A stretch of 64,000 nt of DNA from an uncultured bacterium (lineage in GTDB: Bacteria; Zixibacteria; MSB-5A5; GN15; FEB-12): NCBI GenBank assembly GCA_965372795.1, contig CBDVDR010000002.1, forward strand, positions 128,001 to 192,000, read 5' to 3'. Below are positions 27,174 through 36,204 of this stretch, piece after piece. The position numbers were made by a program, and so were the translations under genes. Below the pieces are notes generated by a model, which was not told the DNA's origin, ran no database searches, and worked only from the letters and a program-made list of their open reading frames with translations. Position 1 is the stretch's first letter. Each line of letters opens with the position of its first letter.

Positions 27174-27344
27174 CACACTTCGTGTGGATTATTTATATGA
27201 TATCAGACAATTAGTAGTTCTTGAGTAGGTCAGGAGCCCTGCGCTCCTGACTTTTTATTTTGTACTTTAAAAGTTCCGCTTTGAGCGGTTTTTTTTTTGT
27301 GGGGGAGCTTTGTGTTATGGGGTAGACGAGGGCGTCTGCCACCC
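27174..27344. repeat. REP-like palindrome cluster
   Basis: CACAC-TTC-GTGTG; GTAG-GTCAGGAGC-CCTGC-GCTCCTGAC (27225-27251); GGTAGACG-AGGG-CGTCTGCC-ACCC (27321-27344). Confidence 0.75.
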
Positions 27345-27998
27345 ACCCACTACATCACCTTGCCAAACGATGTCATCAATAATGGTAACTTCATGAACAT
27401 TTTTAGATGAATCATAAGTTAGAAGCGATCTTTGATTGATTCCTTCGAAAGTTCCAACTTCACCGTTCCATTGAAATGATACAATCACTCTTATATAAAA
27501 ATTTTGTTTCCAATTCTTTTTTTCTCGTGCGTCAATAGGTACACTATGAGTTTCATTTTTTCCTAATTTTCCAATTTTATTAGAAGCAGTACCAATTATT
27601 GATACTCCAAGGCTATCCCATGAATAAATACTTTTAATGTTCAGATTGTAAGCATCTGAAGCTCCATAATTCTTAATTGATAAATCACTCCGTAAAGTGC
27701 TATCTGATAATATTTCTACTTTAATCCCTTCAGAAAGTCCAGGTTTAGATAACATTCGTTGAAGCCTAACTTGTTCCTGAGTAAGTTGAAGTTGATTGTT
27801 TGTGCACATCAACCCAATAGCTACCAAAACAAGACCTATCGCTGAAATCCAATGTGGAGCATTTCTGATAATTTTACTTAACTTCGTTTGAGGTCGTTGA
27901 CAAACTGGACAGATTCTCGCACCTAACTTAAGTTCTGAACTACATGAACTGCATTCCCTTGATTCGTATCTTATTATCTTTTTATTTGTTTCTGACAT
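27315..27998 (-). CDS. Hypothetical membrane-anchored protein with N-terminal zinc ribbon
   Basis: CSSC-x10-CPVC, one TM, Gln-rich coiled segment, beta-rich C-terminal domain; AT-rich. Confidence 0.7.
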   Translation of the reverse strand: MSETNKKIIRYESRECSSCSSELKLGARICPVCQRPQTKLSKIIRNAPHWISAIGLVLVAIGLMCTNNQLQLTQEQVRLQRMLSKPGLSEGIKVEILSDSTLRSDLSIKNYGASDAYNLNIKSIYSWDSLGVSIIGTASNKIGKLGKNETHSVPIDAREKKNWKQNFYIRVIVSFQWNGEVGTFEGINQRSLLTYDSSKNVHEVTIIDDIVWQGDVVGGWQTPSSTP

Positions 27999-28113
27999 TA
28001 CTGCTCTACCTTAAAATAATGTATTTCTTATTTCAATCCATCACTACTTATTCCAAAGTACTACTCAACAATATTATTTTTGTAAATCAATATTCCTGTG
28101 CCCTCGACTAGCT

Positions 28114-28201
28114 GGGTAGCCCACTCCTTGGGGTGGGTTTCTGTTCAATTAAATTTAAATAAGGATGAACTTTAAACGCACCCCAAGGGATCCTGCCCTA
28201 C
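28114..28201. repeat. REP-like elements (left flank of cassette pair)
   Basis: GGGTAGCCCACTCC-TTG-GGGTGGGTTT (28114-28140), inverted 26/27 copy at 28987-29013; CACCCCAAGG..CCTGCCCTAC at about 28179-28201. Confidence 0.8.
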
Positions 28202-28215
28202 AAAATTTGATCTGA

Positions 28216-28503
28216 TTATAGGTTATAATACTTTGTGATATAAGTTACCCCAACCATAACTGTTCCAGTCAAAATATGAAAAGCAATAGATTTTAATCCC
28301 CACCGTTTTTCCGGAATGTACGCATATGTCATTCCGATTGAAATAATCACTCCCGCAAGGAACCAGCCGAGGGTTAAATATCCCTTGTCCTCTAATATAG
28401 TCGCTAATGGAAGCCCGACACAGAATCCTGTGAATAGTATTAAATAACCTTTTGGCGTTATCTTTGTTTTAGATTTTTTTGTTAAGCTTGTTTTTTCTTC
28501 CAT
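28216..28503 (-). CDS. Small 3-TM hypothetical membrane protein (cassette-like)
   Basis: Start reassigned to ATG 28503 (MEEKTSLTK) with GGAG RBS in the shared leader; three hydrophobic segments. Confidence 0.65.
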   Translation of the reverse strand: MEEKTSLTKKSKTKITPKGYLILFTGFCVGLPLATILEDKGYLTLGWFLAGVIISIGMTYAYIPEKRWGLKSIAFHILTGTVMVGVTYITKYYNL

Positions 28504-28536
28504 AAATAAACTCCAGTTGTAATTGCTCAAGTAGGG
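28501..28536 (-). repeat. Shared 36-bp gene leader copy 1 (CCCTAC...GGAG...ATG)
   Basis: 34/36 identical to 28874-28909. Confidence 0.9.
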
Positions 28537-28612
28537 TAAAACACTTTAGTGGTTCTCCAATTCGTCAAGAGCACATCCGCCTTGGCGGACTGACCTACTC
28601 AATCTGAACTGC

Positions 28613-28876
28613 TCAAATTTCAAGTATTTCTGAAACAAAGATGCCAAAAAATGCAGAACCAAAGGCTATGAATATTATTCCAGTTTTCATAAACTTTAAC
28701 CCTTTGGGAGTATACCAGCTTTTCAACCTCTCTGTGTAATCCGATGCAAATGGGTTTATATATTTCCAGGAAAAATACCCAAGGTGTTCTTCTGTTCGGT
28801 TTCGGTAACTGAGGACAGAAAACAAAATCCCCAAAAACATACAAATACTACTCAAAACACCAAAAATAATATTCAT
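28613..28876 (-). CDS. Small 2-TM hypothetical membrane protein (cassette-like)
   Basis: Start reassigned to ATG 28876 (MNIIFGVLSS) with AGGAG RBS; the track's upstream extension reads through repeat DNA. Confidence 0.65.
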   Translation of the reverse strand: MNIIFGVLSSICMFLGILFSVLSYRNRTEEHLGYFSWKYINPFASDYTERLKSWYTPKGLKFMKTGIIFIAFGSAFFGIFVSEILEI

Positions 28877-28909
28877 AAATAAACTCCTGTTGTAATTGTT
28901 CAAGTAGGG
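28874..28909 (-). repeat. Shared 36-bp gene leader copy 2
   Basis: 34/36 identical to 28501-28536. Confidence 0.9.
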
Positions 28910-29361
28910 CAGGGTGAGATTGCTTCGTCGCTTCACTCCTCGCAATGACACCCTTCGGGTGCTTTTCTCTTTGTAGTATGAATAGTAAACCCACCCCAAG
29001 GAGTGGGCCACCCGCTTTAATTACAAATTCATGAGGATAATATAATCTACGTTATTTTAGTCCGATCAGCAAGAAAATTGTCCGTTGCACACGTAACCGG
29101 GGATTGGTTGATTATGTTCTGCGAACCTGCTGTCGAAACCACAGGGGTTTTACCCTACGGGCAGAACCCGACCTACTCAAATGAGAATATTTGGAAGTTC
29201 TCTGCTGACAGGTCAGGTCTCCAAGAGAAGAGAGACCTGACCTACGGGAGTAAAATTATGTGTAAATGTTAAAAATGAGCAAACGAACCCAAATTGTTGT
29301 AAGACCCAATAATAGAAAGGTTTGCAAATAAAAAAGGCAGGTCTCGGGGAGACCTGCCCTA
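28904..29361. repeat. Dense REP/BIME-like cluster (right flank)
   Basis: GTAGGGCAGGGTG + GAGATTGCTTCGTCGC..CTCGCAATGAC; 28987-29013 inverted repeat; CCCTAC/CCTAC ends at about 29153 and 29172; 34-bp unit 29213-29246; GGCAGGTCTC-GGG-GAGACCTGCC-CTAC at about 29336-29361, positioned to double as the cytochrome terminator. Confidence 0.8.
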
Positions 29362-29383
29362 CAAATATAATTGTAATTTTGCG

Positions 29384-30955
29384 TTACGGGGTGGTGACGA
29401 TTATGTCCTGAGTTATAACATCAGTTCCACATGGATTGCTCACCGTTAAAGTCACAGTATAAGTGCCGGCATCTGTGAAGATGTAGGAAGGAGAACCAAT
29501 AAGGGAAGTGTCAGACTCAACCGCTGGGTCGCCAAAATCCCAAAAACGTGAAATAGACGCAGTCGACAGATCGCTAAACAATACCTCAAGTGGCGCATCA
29601 CCGGTAGTAACATCAGCACTCATAGCGGCAACCGGAACCTGATCGGAAATTCCAATAATGTTAGTCAGTTTCAAGGTGTCAATGTTACCGGCATCACGTC
29701 CGAAAACAATCAGCTGAACCGAGTATATGCCTTCAGTTAAAAAGGTATAAGTATATTCAGGTTCAATAGCAGTATAGACAATCGTGTCGTTTACAAAATT
29801 CCATTCCAGAGAATCTATGGCACCGGAAGAGTTATTGGTAAAAGTTATCAGGTCAGTGTTGCAGGCATTAACGAGGTCATAAGAGAAATCGGCATTGACC
29901 GGCAGGGAATCCCAGCGTTCGACTGATTCGCCTAAAATTTGATTGATGAAATTCGGGTTATGAACTCCAAAAGATCCGTCTCGTTCATAAATAAGATAGT
30001 TGGATAACATTCTTATAATATCAGGATTGAAATTATCAACCATGTTGATGTTGTTATTTTCATCAAGAATCGTTGTTGATTTTAGAATAGCTTCAAGGCT
30101 GTCTGAGAGGATTTTTATACTGGCTAATTTTGGCGGACTGTTAAAATCAGATAATGGCAAACTTGAATGACAACCGCTCTGGTTGCAATTATTAACGTAG
30201 TGATTGCCTTCATCATCAGCGAGATTAAAGGTATGTTCTCCGAATGAATATCCTTTGCCGTTTCCGAAGTGACAGATCAAGCAACCATCTGCATTTTTAA
30301 TAGCATCTTTGTGAGATGGAATGGTCGTTGTGTCGGTGAAAATAAAAGCATTGGTGCCGACGATAACATCAGCCTGAATACTGTTATGAGCCCCAAAATC
30401 AGCCGGGACTAAAGTATCTGAAGTGGCACCATTAGCAGGTGTCGTGAGGTCATTGATTCCTTTATGGCAATTAACACACATGATTGATTTGTCGTCGGTA
30501 TCGAGAAAATAATTTTCGCCGTTGGCGAGGGTCAGAAATCCGCCTTCAGCTCCGCCTCGTAATCTTGAGACCAGCGAATCATCCCAGATTTGATAATCAT
30601 AACTATGGGGGCTATGGCAGGTAAAACATCCAATGGTCGAATAGAGAGGGTCACTTGAGATAAAAACGGAATCAAATTCTTTGATATAGCCTTCATGCGA
30701 ATGACATTCTTCACCACACCCGATGGCAGTATCAATGTATAAGGCTGAAGCATGTTTTGAGTTTTCCCATTGTCCTTTGGGGCGGAGAAACCGGTTATCT
30801 GAGTCGGAGTGACAATTGTAACAGCCAATACCGAGGGTAGAGTCATATACGGTATTTTCGATTCTTTCGGTAACGAGTTCATCACACCCGGGCAGAGAAA
30901 ACGCCGCCGCTAAAATCAGCAAAAAGAAAAATGGGAGTAAACGTCTGCTATTCAT
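29384..30955 (-). CDS. Multiheme cytochrome c lipoprotein with two C-terminal PKD domains
   Basis: Lipobox LPGC; CYNCH, CFTCH, CVNCH, CLICH plus non-canonical CGEECH and CNQSGCH; GVHNP; PKD motifs WNF...YTF..EG.Y.V.L and WDFGD...F..AGTYTVTLTVSN. Confidence 0.88.
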   Translation of the reverse strand: MNSRRLLPFFFLLILAAAFSLPGCDELVTERIENTVYDSTLGIGCYNCHSDSDNRFLRPKGQWENSKHASALYIDTAIGCGEECHSHEGYIKEFDSVFISSDPLYSTIGCFTCHSPHSYDYQIWDDSLVSRLRGGAEGGFLTLANGENYFLDTDDKSIMCVNCHKGINDLTTPANGATSDTLVPADFGAHNSIQADVIVGTNAFIFTDTTTIPSHKDAIKNADGCLICHFGNGKGYSFGEHTFNLADDEGNHYVNNCNQSGCHSSLPLSDFNSPPKLASIKILSDSLEAILKSTTILDENNNINMVDNFNPDIIRMLSNYLIYERDGSFGVHNPNFINQILGESVERWDSLPVNADFSYDLVNACNTDLITFTNNSSGAIDSLEWNFVNDTIVYTAIEPEYTYTFLTEGIYSVQLIVFGRDAGNIDTLKLTNIIGISDQVPVAAMSADVTTGDAPLEVLFSDLSTASISRFWDFGDPAVESDTSLIGSPSYIFTDAGTYTVTLTVSNPCGTDVITQDIIVTTP

Positions 30956-31068
30956 AGATTTGTATCCTATTTTTATTGTTGTTAAGTTATATAACTGTCC
31001 ATACGAATGAAGTCAATTGTTTATTTTTTAAACAGAAAACTATAATAAGTTTCATTTAAATGAATTAA

Positions 31069-31455
31069 GTGATTGAGGCGGGGTATTCAGAATTACAAAG
31101 AGTGGTGACCTGTCCCGGATGCGGGGCAGGATTGACATTGGAGACAGATATTTATGTGCTGAGTTGTAATTACTACAGTTCAGTTCTGTGGGTTATTATG
31201 CCTGAAATTCCGGCTTTTAACTCGCAGAATTATGACGGTCTTTTGCGGGTGGCGCGAAGAATGAGCTATGCTTTTAATAAGCTTGAATTAGAACCGGTAA
31301 TTGCATCAACCGAACAGTTTCAACCGGTAGAAGTTAATATCAAGGAAGCGATTCAGCAGTCATCTTTATTGCTTTATAAAGAACAGAATTACTTCTATCT
31401 CGACACGATTCTTGAGTCGATAACTTTTGAAAAAAATATGATAGAATCGGTCTGA
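31069..31455 (+). pseudogene. Possible degraded zinc-ribbon protein remnant
   Basis: CPGCG followed by a decayed second pair (CNYY), weak start, poorly coding downstream region. Confidence 0.35.
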
Positions 31456-31715
31456 TTCGGAACTCTTTCACATTATTACAGTACAATAAATAAGTTTGGA
31501 AACGGGTTGTTTTTTGATGCCTAATTTGCTTGCTTTACGGCAAGTTTGGGGCTATTTTCCCGAATGATTTTGCAGAAACAGAATTGCGGAATTTGAAAAA
31601 AATAGAACTGAGAAAAATATTAACAGCCGCCTTACCTGGGAATAATTTTTAGTATAAAAATTCATTTTGTACTAAGAATATATTTTAGGTGCGGTAATTT
31701 TTTTGGAGATAATGA

Positions 31716-34292
31716 GTGATTAAAATAGTGATTTCTTTATTCATGATTATTCTATTTCCGGTTATTGTAACAGCCGGAACCGCCAGTACTTTTGATCTCC
31801 CCGATACAGCTTATGCTTCAAATGTTGTCATTGATTTGTTAGAGGCTGATGGCATCATCTGGCTGGCAACTGATGACGGGTTGAACTTTTCATTGGATTC
31901 AGGGAAGACCTGGCTTTTGTATAACAAGGATAACGGGCTGGTCAGTGAGTCGGTCTCAGCCATGTTGTTTGTTGACGGCCGAATTTATGTAGCCACGAAC
32001 CATTCGGAAATAATTTCCGATAACCTGACTTCGCTTTCAGATGGAATTTCATACTCTGATGATTTAGGCGATAACTGGCAGGTTGTCGATTTTGACGCTC
32101 AGGATATAATTTATGCTACGGGCGGTGATCGAACAATTTTTGATTTGACCGGTCACGGCAGCTGGGTTTTTGCAGCAGCCTTTGCCGGGGGATTGCTGGC
32201 TTCCAATGATGATGCGACCAGCTGGTTTCGGATGTTTCCAACTCCGCGGGATTCAATAAATTATTATGAAGGTCATGTCGGGCTTGATACGTTGTCGCTA
32301 TTGAATAGATATTTTTCAGCTCAAGTTGACACTTCTCATTTTAATCCGGCAACCCCTTATGATGATTCATTATTCCTATGGGTCGGTTCAGCCGGCGGAT
32401 TGGTTCAGTTTGTTTTTGTCGATCCGCACGCCAAGCCGTTTACAAAACGAATCTCAAAAATAGTTACCTGTGAAAACTGTTCCGGCGAGGATGTCGGCTA
32501 TATGTTTCTGGGTGGAGATAATGGCATAACCCGAGGGTTCAAAAACGGAGCCCCATATATATCGATATTTGATGAGAATGAAATTTCTTATCGTCAAACT
32601 ACTGCTATCGGATACTTTGCCGACCGTTTGTTTCTCGGTACGGTTGATGAAACCGGAACCAATTCGGCTTTGTCAATTTCGGATGATCAGGGAGTAAGTT
32701 TTACCGGGGTTGCTAATTTCCCGGCAGACCCACAGGGTGAAACTGTCTTTTCTGAATTTGATCTGTTTCAGGACAAATTATTCCTGTCAGCTTCATCCGG
32801 TCTATTTATGAGTTTGGATTCAGGCGATACCTGGCAGTCTTTTCTGATTGACACGTTAAATGCAACCTCAGTTGTAAATACGGCTTATGATTTTGTTTCA
32901 ATCGGTGACACGATGTACCTTGGAACCGATGCCGGATTGGCAATAGTATATTTGAGTGATACAACGACGGTTGATTCATTTATAGTTAAGAGTTTCCCGG
33001 AAACCGAATCGAGTTCTACCAAGATTACTCGCTTGAAAATACAGGAATTTGCGGATTCGCTGATTCTGTGGACGATTCATGAACCCGTTAGTGCCGGAGC
33101 CGGAACGAGATTTGTCGGACGAAATAATATTGACCGGCTTGATAATATCGCCGACTGGCAGCATTTGCAGGTTGATGTGGTTGTAACGGATATGAACTTC
33201 CTCGGTGATACTGCTTTTGTAGTAGGTGAGGAAGGGATTCGGCTGACTTCGTTTGGTACCAATCCTGATATAATTTTTACGATTGAAATGTTAATTGACA
33301 GTACGGTGATTGATTCTCTGGGCTCTGATACAATAAATGTTTTGTCAATTCAAGGCGACACGATCATTGTCGGAACCTCCAATGGATTCGCTTATTCGAA
33401 TGACCGTGGTGAAACATATAATATCGTTAGAATAAATACCGATCTGACCCAGCATGATGCCAGTATTCATTTTACAATAGCAAATTCATTTTTGAATTTC
33501 AGCGGCGGGTTAGGTATCACCGGAAACTGGATCCCGGCTCTTGAGGTTCAACCGATCCCCGGTCAAGCTGATGCAATCTGGTTATCGACTCGTTCTACGG
33601 GACTTGAGGCAGATACTTCCGGATTCGGTATAACGCGTGGGATGCCGTTTTATAATATCGGAACGGATACGCTTCATCAGCGATACTGGCAATTATTTTA
33701 TGAAGATGATTTTGCCTGGAATTTTGCCTTTAACGGCGATACGGTATTTGCAGCAACTAACAGCGGTTTGATTATGAATGCGACCGGAGAGCAATACGAA
33801 TGGGATACGCTGGCTTTTGTTGATGATCTTGGTGAAGTGCAGATATTTGATGAGGTCCCGGTTTATGGAGTAGAGGTTTTTGACGGGTTTGTCTGGGTTG
33901 GCACCGATGATCGGACGCTGAAATTGAGGCTTAATGATCTGGTCGTTGAAAAAACATTTTATGTTGAAGATAATTTGACTTCTGTTGAAGAAGTTTATGC
34001 TTTCCCGGTTCCGTTCAGCCATGAGACTGATTACGAAATTGATTTTCATTTTACAGTTGAACAGGATGCCAGAGTAACTTTGGAAATTTATGATTTTGCA
34101 ATGAATCTTGTGAAACGGGTTTTAAATAATCGAGAATATGTTGCCGGGATTTATCCTACTTCCGGTTCCAATCGGGTAACCTGGGATGGATTCAATGGCA
34201 AAGGAGACAAGGTCGCAGTAGGTGTTTATTATTTTAAAGTAGAATATTCCACCGGCGAAGTTCGTTGGGGTAAATTAGCGGTTATCCCTTAA
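31716..34292 (+). CDS. Secreted beta-propeller protein with C-terminal FlgD-Ig/T9SS-type domain
   Basis: Signal peptide; repeated W.AT..GL and S.D.G.TW (BNR/Reg_prop-like) blades; YAFP.PF...IYD...WDG...VGVYYF tail. Confidence 0.8.
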   Translation: MIKIVISLFMIILFPVIVTAGTASTFDLPDTAYASNVVIDLLEADGIIWLATDDGLNFSLDSGKTWLLYNKDNGLVSESVSAMLFVDGRIYVATNHSEIISDNLTSLSDGISYSDDLGDNWQVVDFDAQDIIYATGGDRTIFDLTGHGSWVFAAAFAGGLLASNDDATSWFRMFPTPRDSINYYEGHVGLDTLSLLNRYFSAQVDTSHFNPATPYDDSLFLWVGSAGGLVQFVFVDPHAKPFTKRISKIVTCENCSGEDVGYMFLGGDNGITRGFKNGAPYISIFDENEISYRQTTAIGYFADRLFLGTVDETGTNSALSISDDQGVSFTGVANFPADPQGETVFSEFDLFQDKLFLSASSGLFMSLDSGDTWQSFLIDTLNATSVVNTAYDFVSIGDTMYLGTDAGLAIVYLSDTTTVDSFIVKSFPETESSSTKITRLKIQEFADSLILWTIHEPVSAGAGTRFVGRNNIDRLDNIADWQHLQVDVVVTDMNFLGDTAFVVGEEGIRLTSFGTNPDIIFTIEMLIDSTVIDSLGSDTINVLSIQGDTIIVGTSNGFAYSNDRGETYNIVRINTDLTQHDASIHFTIANSFLNFSGGLGITGNWIPALEVQPIPGQADAIWLSTRSTGLEADTSGFGITRGMPFYNIGTDTLHQRYWQLFYEDDFAWNFAFNGDTVFAATNSGLIMNATGEQYEWDTLAFVDDLGEVQIFDEVPVYGVEVFDGFVWVGTDDRTLKLRLNDLVVEKTFYVEDNLTSVEEVYAFPVPFSHETDYEIDFHFTVEQDARVTLEIYDFAMNLVKRVLNNREYVAGIYPTSGSNRVTWDGFNGKGDKVAVGVYYFKVEYSTGEVRWGKLAVIP

Positions 34293-34301
34293 GGAGAAAT
34301 T

Positions 34302-35273
34302 ATGATTCGCAGATTATTTGTAATATTTGTTTTAATTGTAGCGGTGGTTCTGCCGGTAAATGCGGAAGAGTCCAACGGCGGTTATACGGGTTCATTTTTG
34401 CAGATGCCTGTCGGTGCCCGTCCGGTAGCGATGGGTGGAGCTTACCGGTCAATATCCAATGATGGCGCCGGACCTTTGTATAATCCGGCCGGTGTTGCAG
34501 AGCTTAAGAAAATAATGTTTGCATCCTCATATAGAATGATGGAGCTTGATCGCAAACTGGGGTATGTAAACCTTTTATTTCCGGCACGATTAAATTCGGT
34601 CATCGGGATTAGCTGGTTATATGCCGGATCGGGTGCGGTTGACGGCAGAAACAAAGACGGCGATTTAACCGGGACCGATTATAGTTTGAACAATCATGAT
34701 ATTGGGATTGTTTTTGCCAAACGTTTTGAAAATTTATTCGCAGCCGGAGTGAAACTAAATTATTTACAGTCTGATTTTGGCAATTTGACCGCTTTTTCAG
34801 TCGGCTTTGATTTTGGGTTTTTGTTTTATTTGAGTGAATTGGTAGATCGTGAAAACAGAGATTTGAAGGCGGTGCAGAATATACAACTCGGATTTACTTT
34901 GAAAAATATCGCCGCCAAATACCGATGGGATACCGGCGACATGAACAGCGGAGCTATCGGAATTATTCAGGAGGATGATTTTCCTCTGGAAGTAGCTGTT
35001 GGCGGATCAGCACGGTTTTTTGACAAAAAATTATTACTTTCTTCTGATTTAGTTTATACAGAGAATCAATCTATTCGCAACTATTCCGGGGCGGAATATT
35101 TTGTTAAACCGGAATTCGCATTGAGAGCCGGTTTTTCAGATGGAAGAGCAACCGCCGGGACCGGATATGTTTTTAAATTAGGCAAAAGAATAATGGCCAT
35201 TGATTATGCCTTTTCAACTGATAAAGCCAGCGAAGGTTCGGAACATATATTCTCGTTTGATTTGTTATTTTAG
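34302..35273 (+). CDS. PorV/PorQ-like outer-membrane beta-barrel protein
   Basis: FL...VGAR..AMGGA...YNPAG, D.G, G.EY, LRAG, IDYAF, terminal Phe. Confidence 0.8.
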   Translation: MIRRLFVIFVLIVAVVLPVNAEESNGGYTGSFLQMPVGARPVAMGGAYRSISNDGAGPLYNPAGVAELKKIMFASSYRMMELDRKLGYVNLLFPARLNSVIGISWLYAGSGAVDGRNKDGDLTGTDYSLNNHDIGIVFAKRFENLFAAGVKLNYLQSDFGNLTAFSVGFDFGFLFYLSELVDRENRDLKAVQNIQLGFTLKNIAAKYRWDTGDMNSGAIGIIQEDDFPLEVAVGGSARFFDKKLLLSSDLVYTENQSIRNYSGAEYFVKPEFALRAGFSDGRATAGTGYVFKLGKRIMAIDYAFSTDKASEGSEHIFSFDLLF

Positions 35274-35281
35274 GAAATAAT

Positions 35282-36184
35282 ATGAAGCAACTTTTTAGCA
35301 TTTCTTTTTTGATAATTTTAATGGGTGTCAATGTTATTGCTCAGGATGAATACAATGACGGGTTAACCCTGATGCAAATTGAGCAGGGTGCTAAGGTTGC
35401 CGGGATGGGCGGCACTTCGGTTGCCCTTATCAGCAGTCCTGATTTGACAGCTTATAATCCGGCGGCAGCGGTAGGTGTTGAAAAATTTACGGTTTCGTTC
35501 GGACATATTTCATATTGGGAAAATATCCGGCTGGAGTCGGGCTATTTTGCAAAAGATATGAATGATCGCTGGTATTTTCATGGCGGTTTAAAATACGCTA
35601 CTGATGATAAAATCGAAGAGCGTCAGTATCCCACCGCAATTCCCGATGGTCTGTTTTCGGCTCATGATATATCAATTAAGAGCGGGCTTGCGTATAAATT
35701 AAGTGACAAAGTAAATATCGGATTAGCCCTCGGCTGGTTTATCGAAAAAATCGGAAACTATCGCGGATCGGCTTTTAATCTCGATTTTGGCTTACAGAGT
35801 CAAATAAATGAAAAATTATCACTGGGAGCATCGGTAACGAACCTTGGGAAACATTTTCATCTAACCTTAAACGGGTTAGTAGGATCGCGCTATATAACAT
35901 TGCCGACCACTTATAGAATCGGAGCGGCATATAAAGTGGATAAATATATTGGAACAGCTGATATAGTTTATCTGGATGATGAAGTAAAAATACATGTTGG
36001 TACCGAAGCCAATGTGCATGAATATTTTCTGCTTCGCGCCGGTTATATGGCGAACTATGATTCAAAAAGTTTTACAGCCGGGAGTTCGTTTATATACCGG
36101 AATATGATAATAGATTATGGCTTTGTACCATATAGTAATAATTTAGGAACATCACATCTTTTTAACATAACCTTTAGTTTGTAA
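35282..36184 (+). CDS. PorV/PorQ-like outer-membrane beta-barrel protein (paralog)
   Basis: GA..AGMGG...YNPAA, LDFG, LP..YRIG, LRAGY, IDYGF. Confidence 0.8.
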   Translation: MKQLFSISFLIILMGVNVIAQDEYNDGLTLMQIEQGAKVAGMGGTSVALISSPDLTAYNPAAAVGVEKFTVSFGHISYWENIRLESGYFAKDMNDRWYFHGGLKYATDDKIEERQYPTAIPDGLFSAHDISIKSGLAYKLSDKVNIGLALGWFIEKIGNYRGSAFNLDFGLQSQINEKLSLGASVTNLGKHFHLTLNGLVGSRYITLPTTYRIGAAYKVDKYIGTADIVYLDDEVKIHVGTEANVHEYFLLRAGYMANYDSKSFTAGSSFIYRNMIIDYGFVPYSNNLGTSHLFNITFSL

Positions 36185-36204
36185 CTATCAGGAGACTTGA
36201 AACT

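Noticed and set aside
28877..29011. N-terminal extension of ORF 28613..29011 (also 28504-28530)
   Set aside because: Reads through repeat DNA; the RBS in the shared leader points to ATG 28876 and 28503
29078..29272. 64-aa ORF (likewise 14845..15036 and 54901..55089)
   Set aside because: Made of REP-like, terminator or promoter sequence, with no RBS or protein-like features
27174..29361. CRISPR array or classical integron
   Set aside because: Repeats are heterogeneous, irregularly spaced and in both orientations; no cas or intI gene, and no convincing RYYYAAC...GTTRRRY attC boundaries seen
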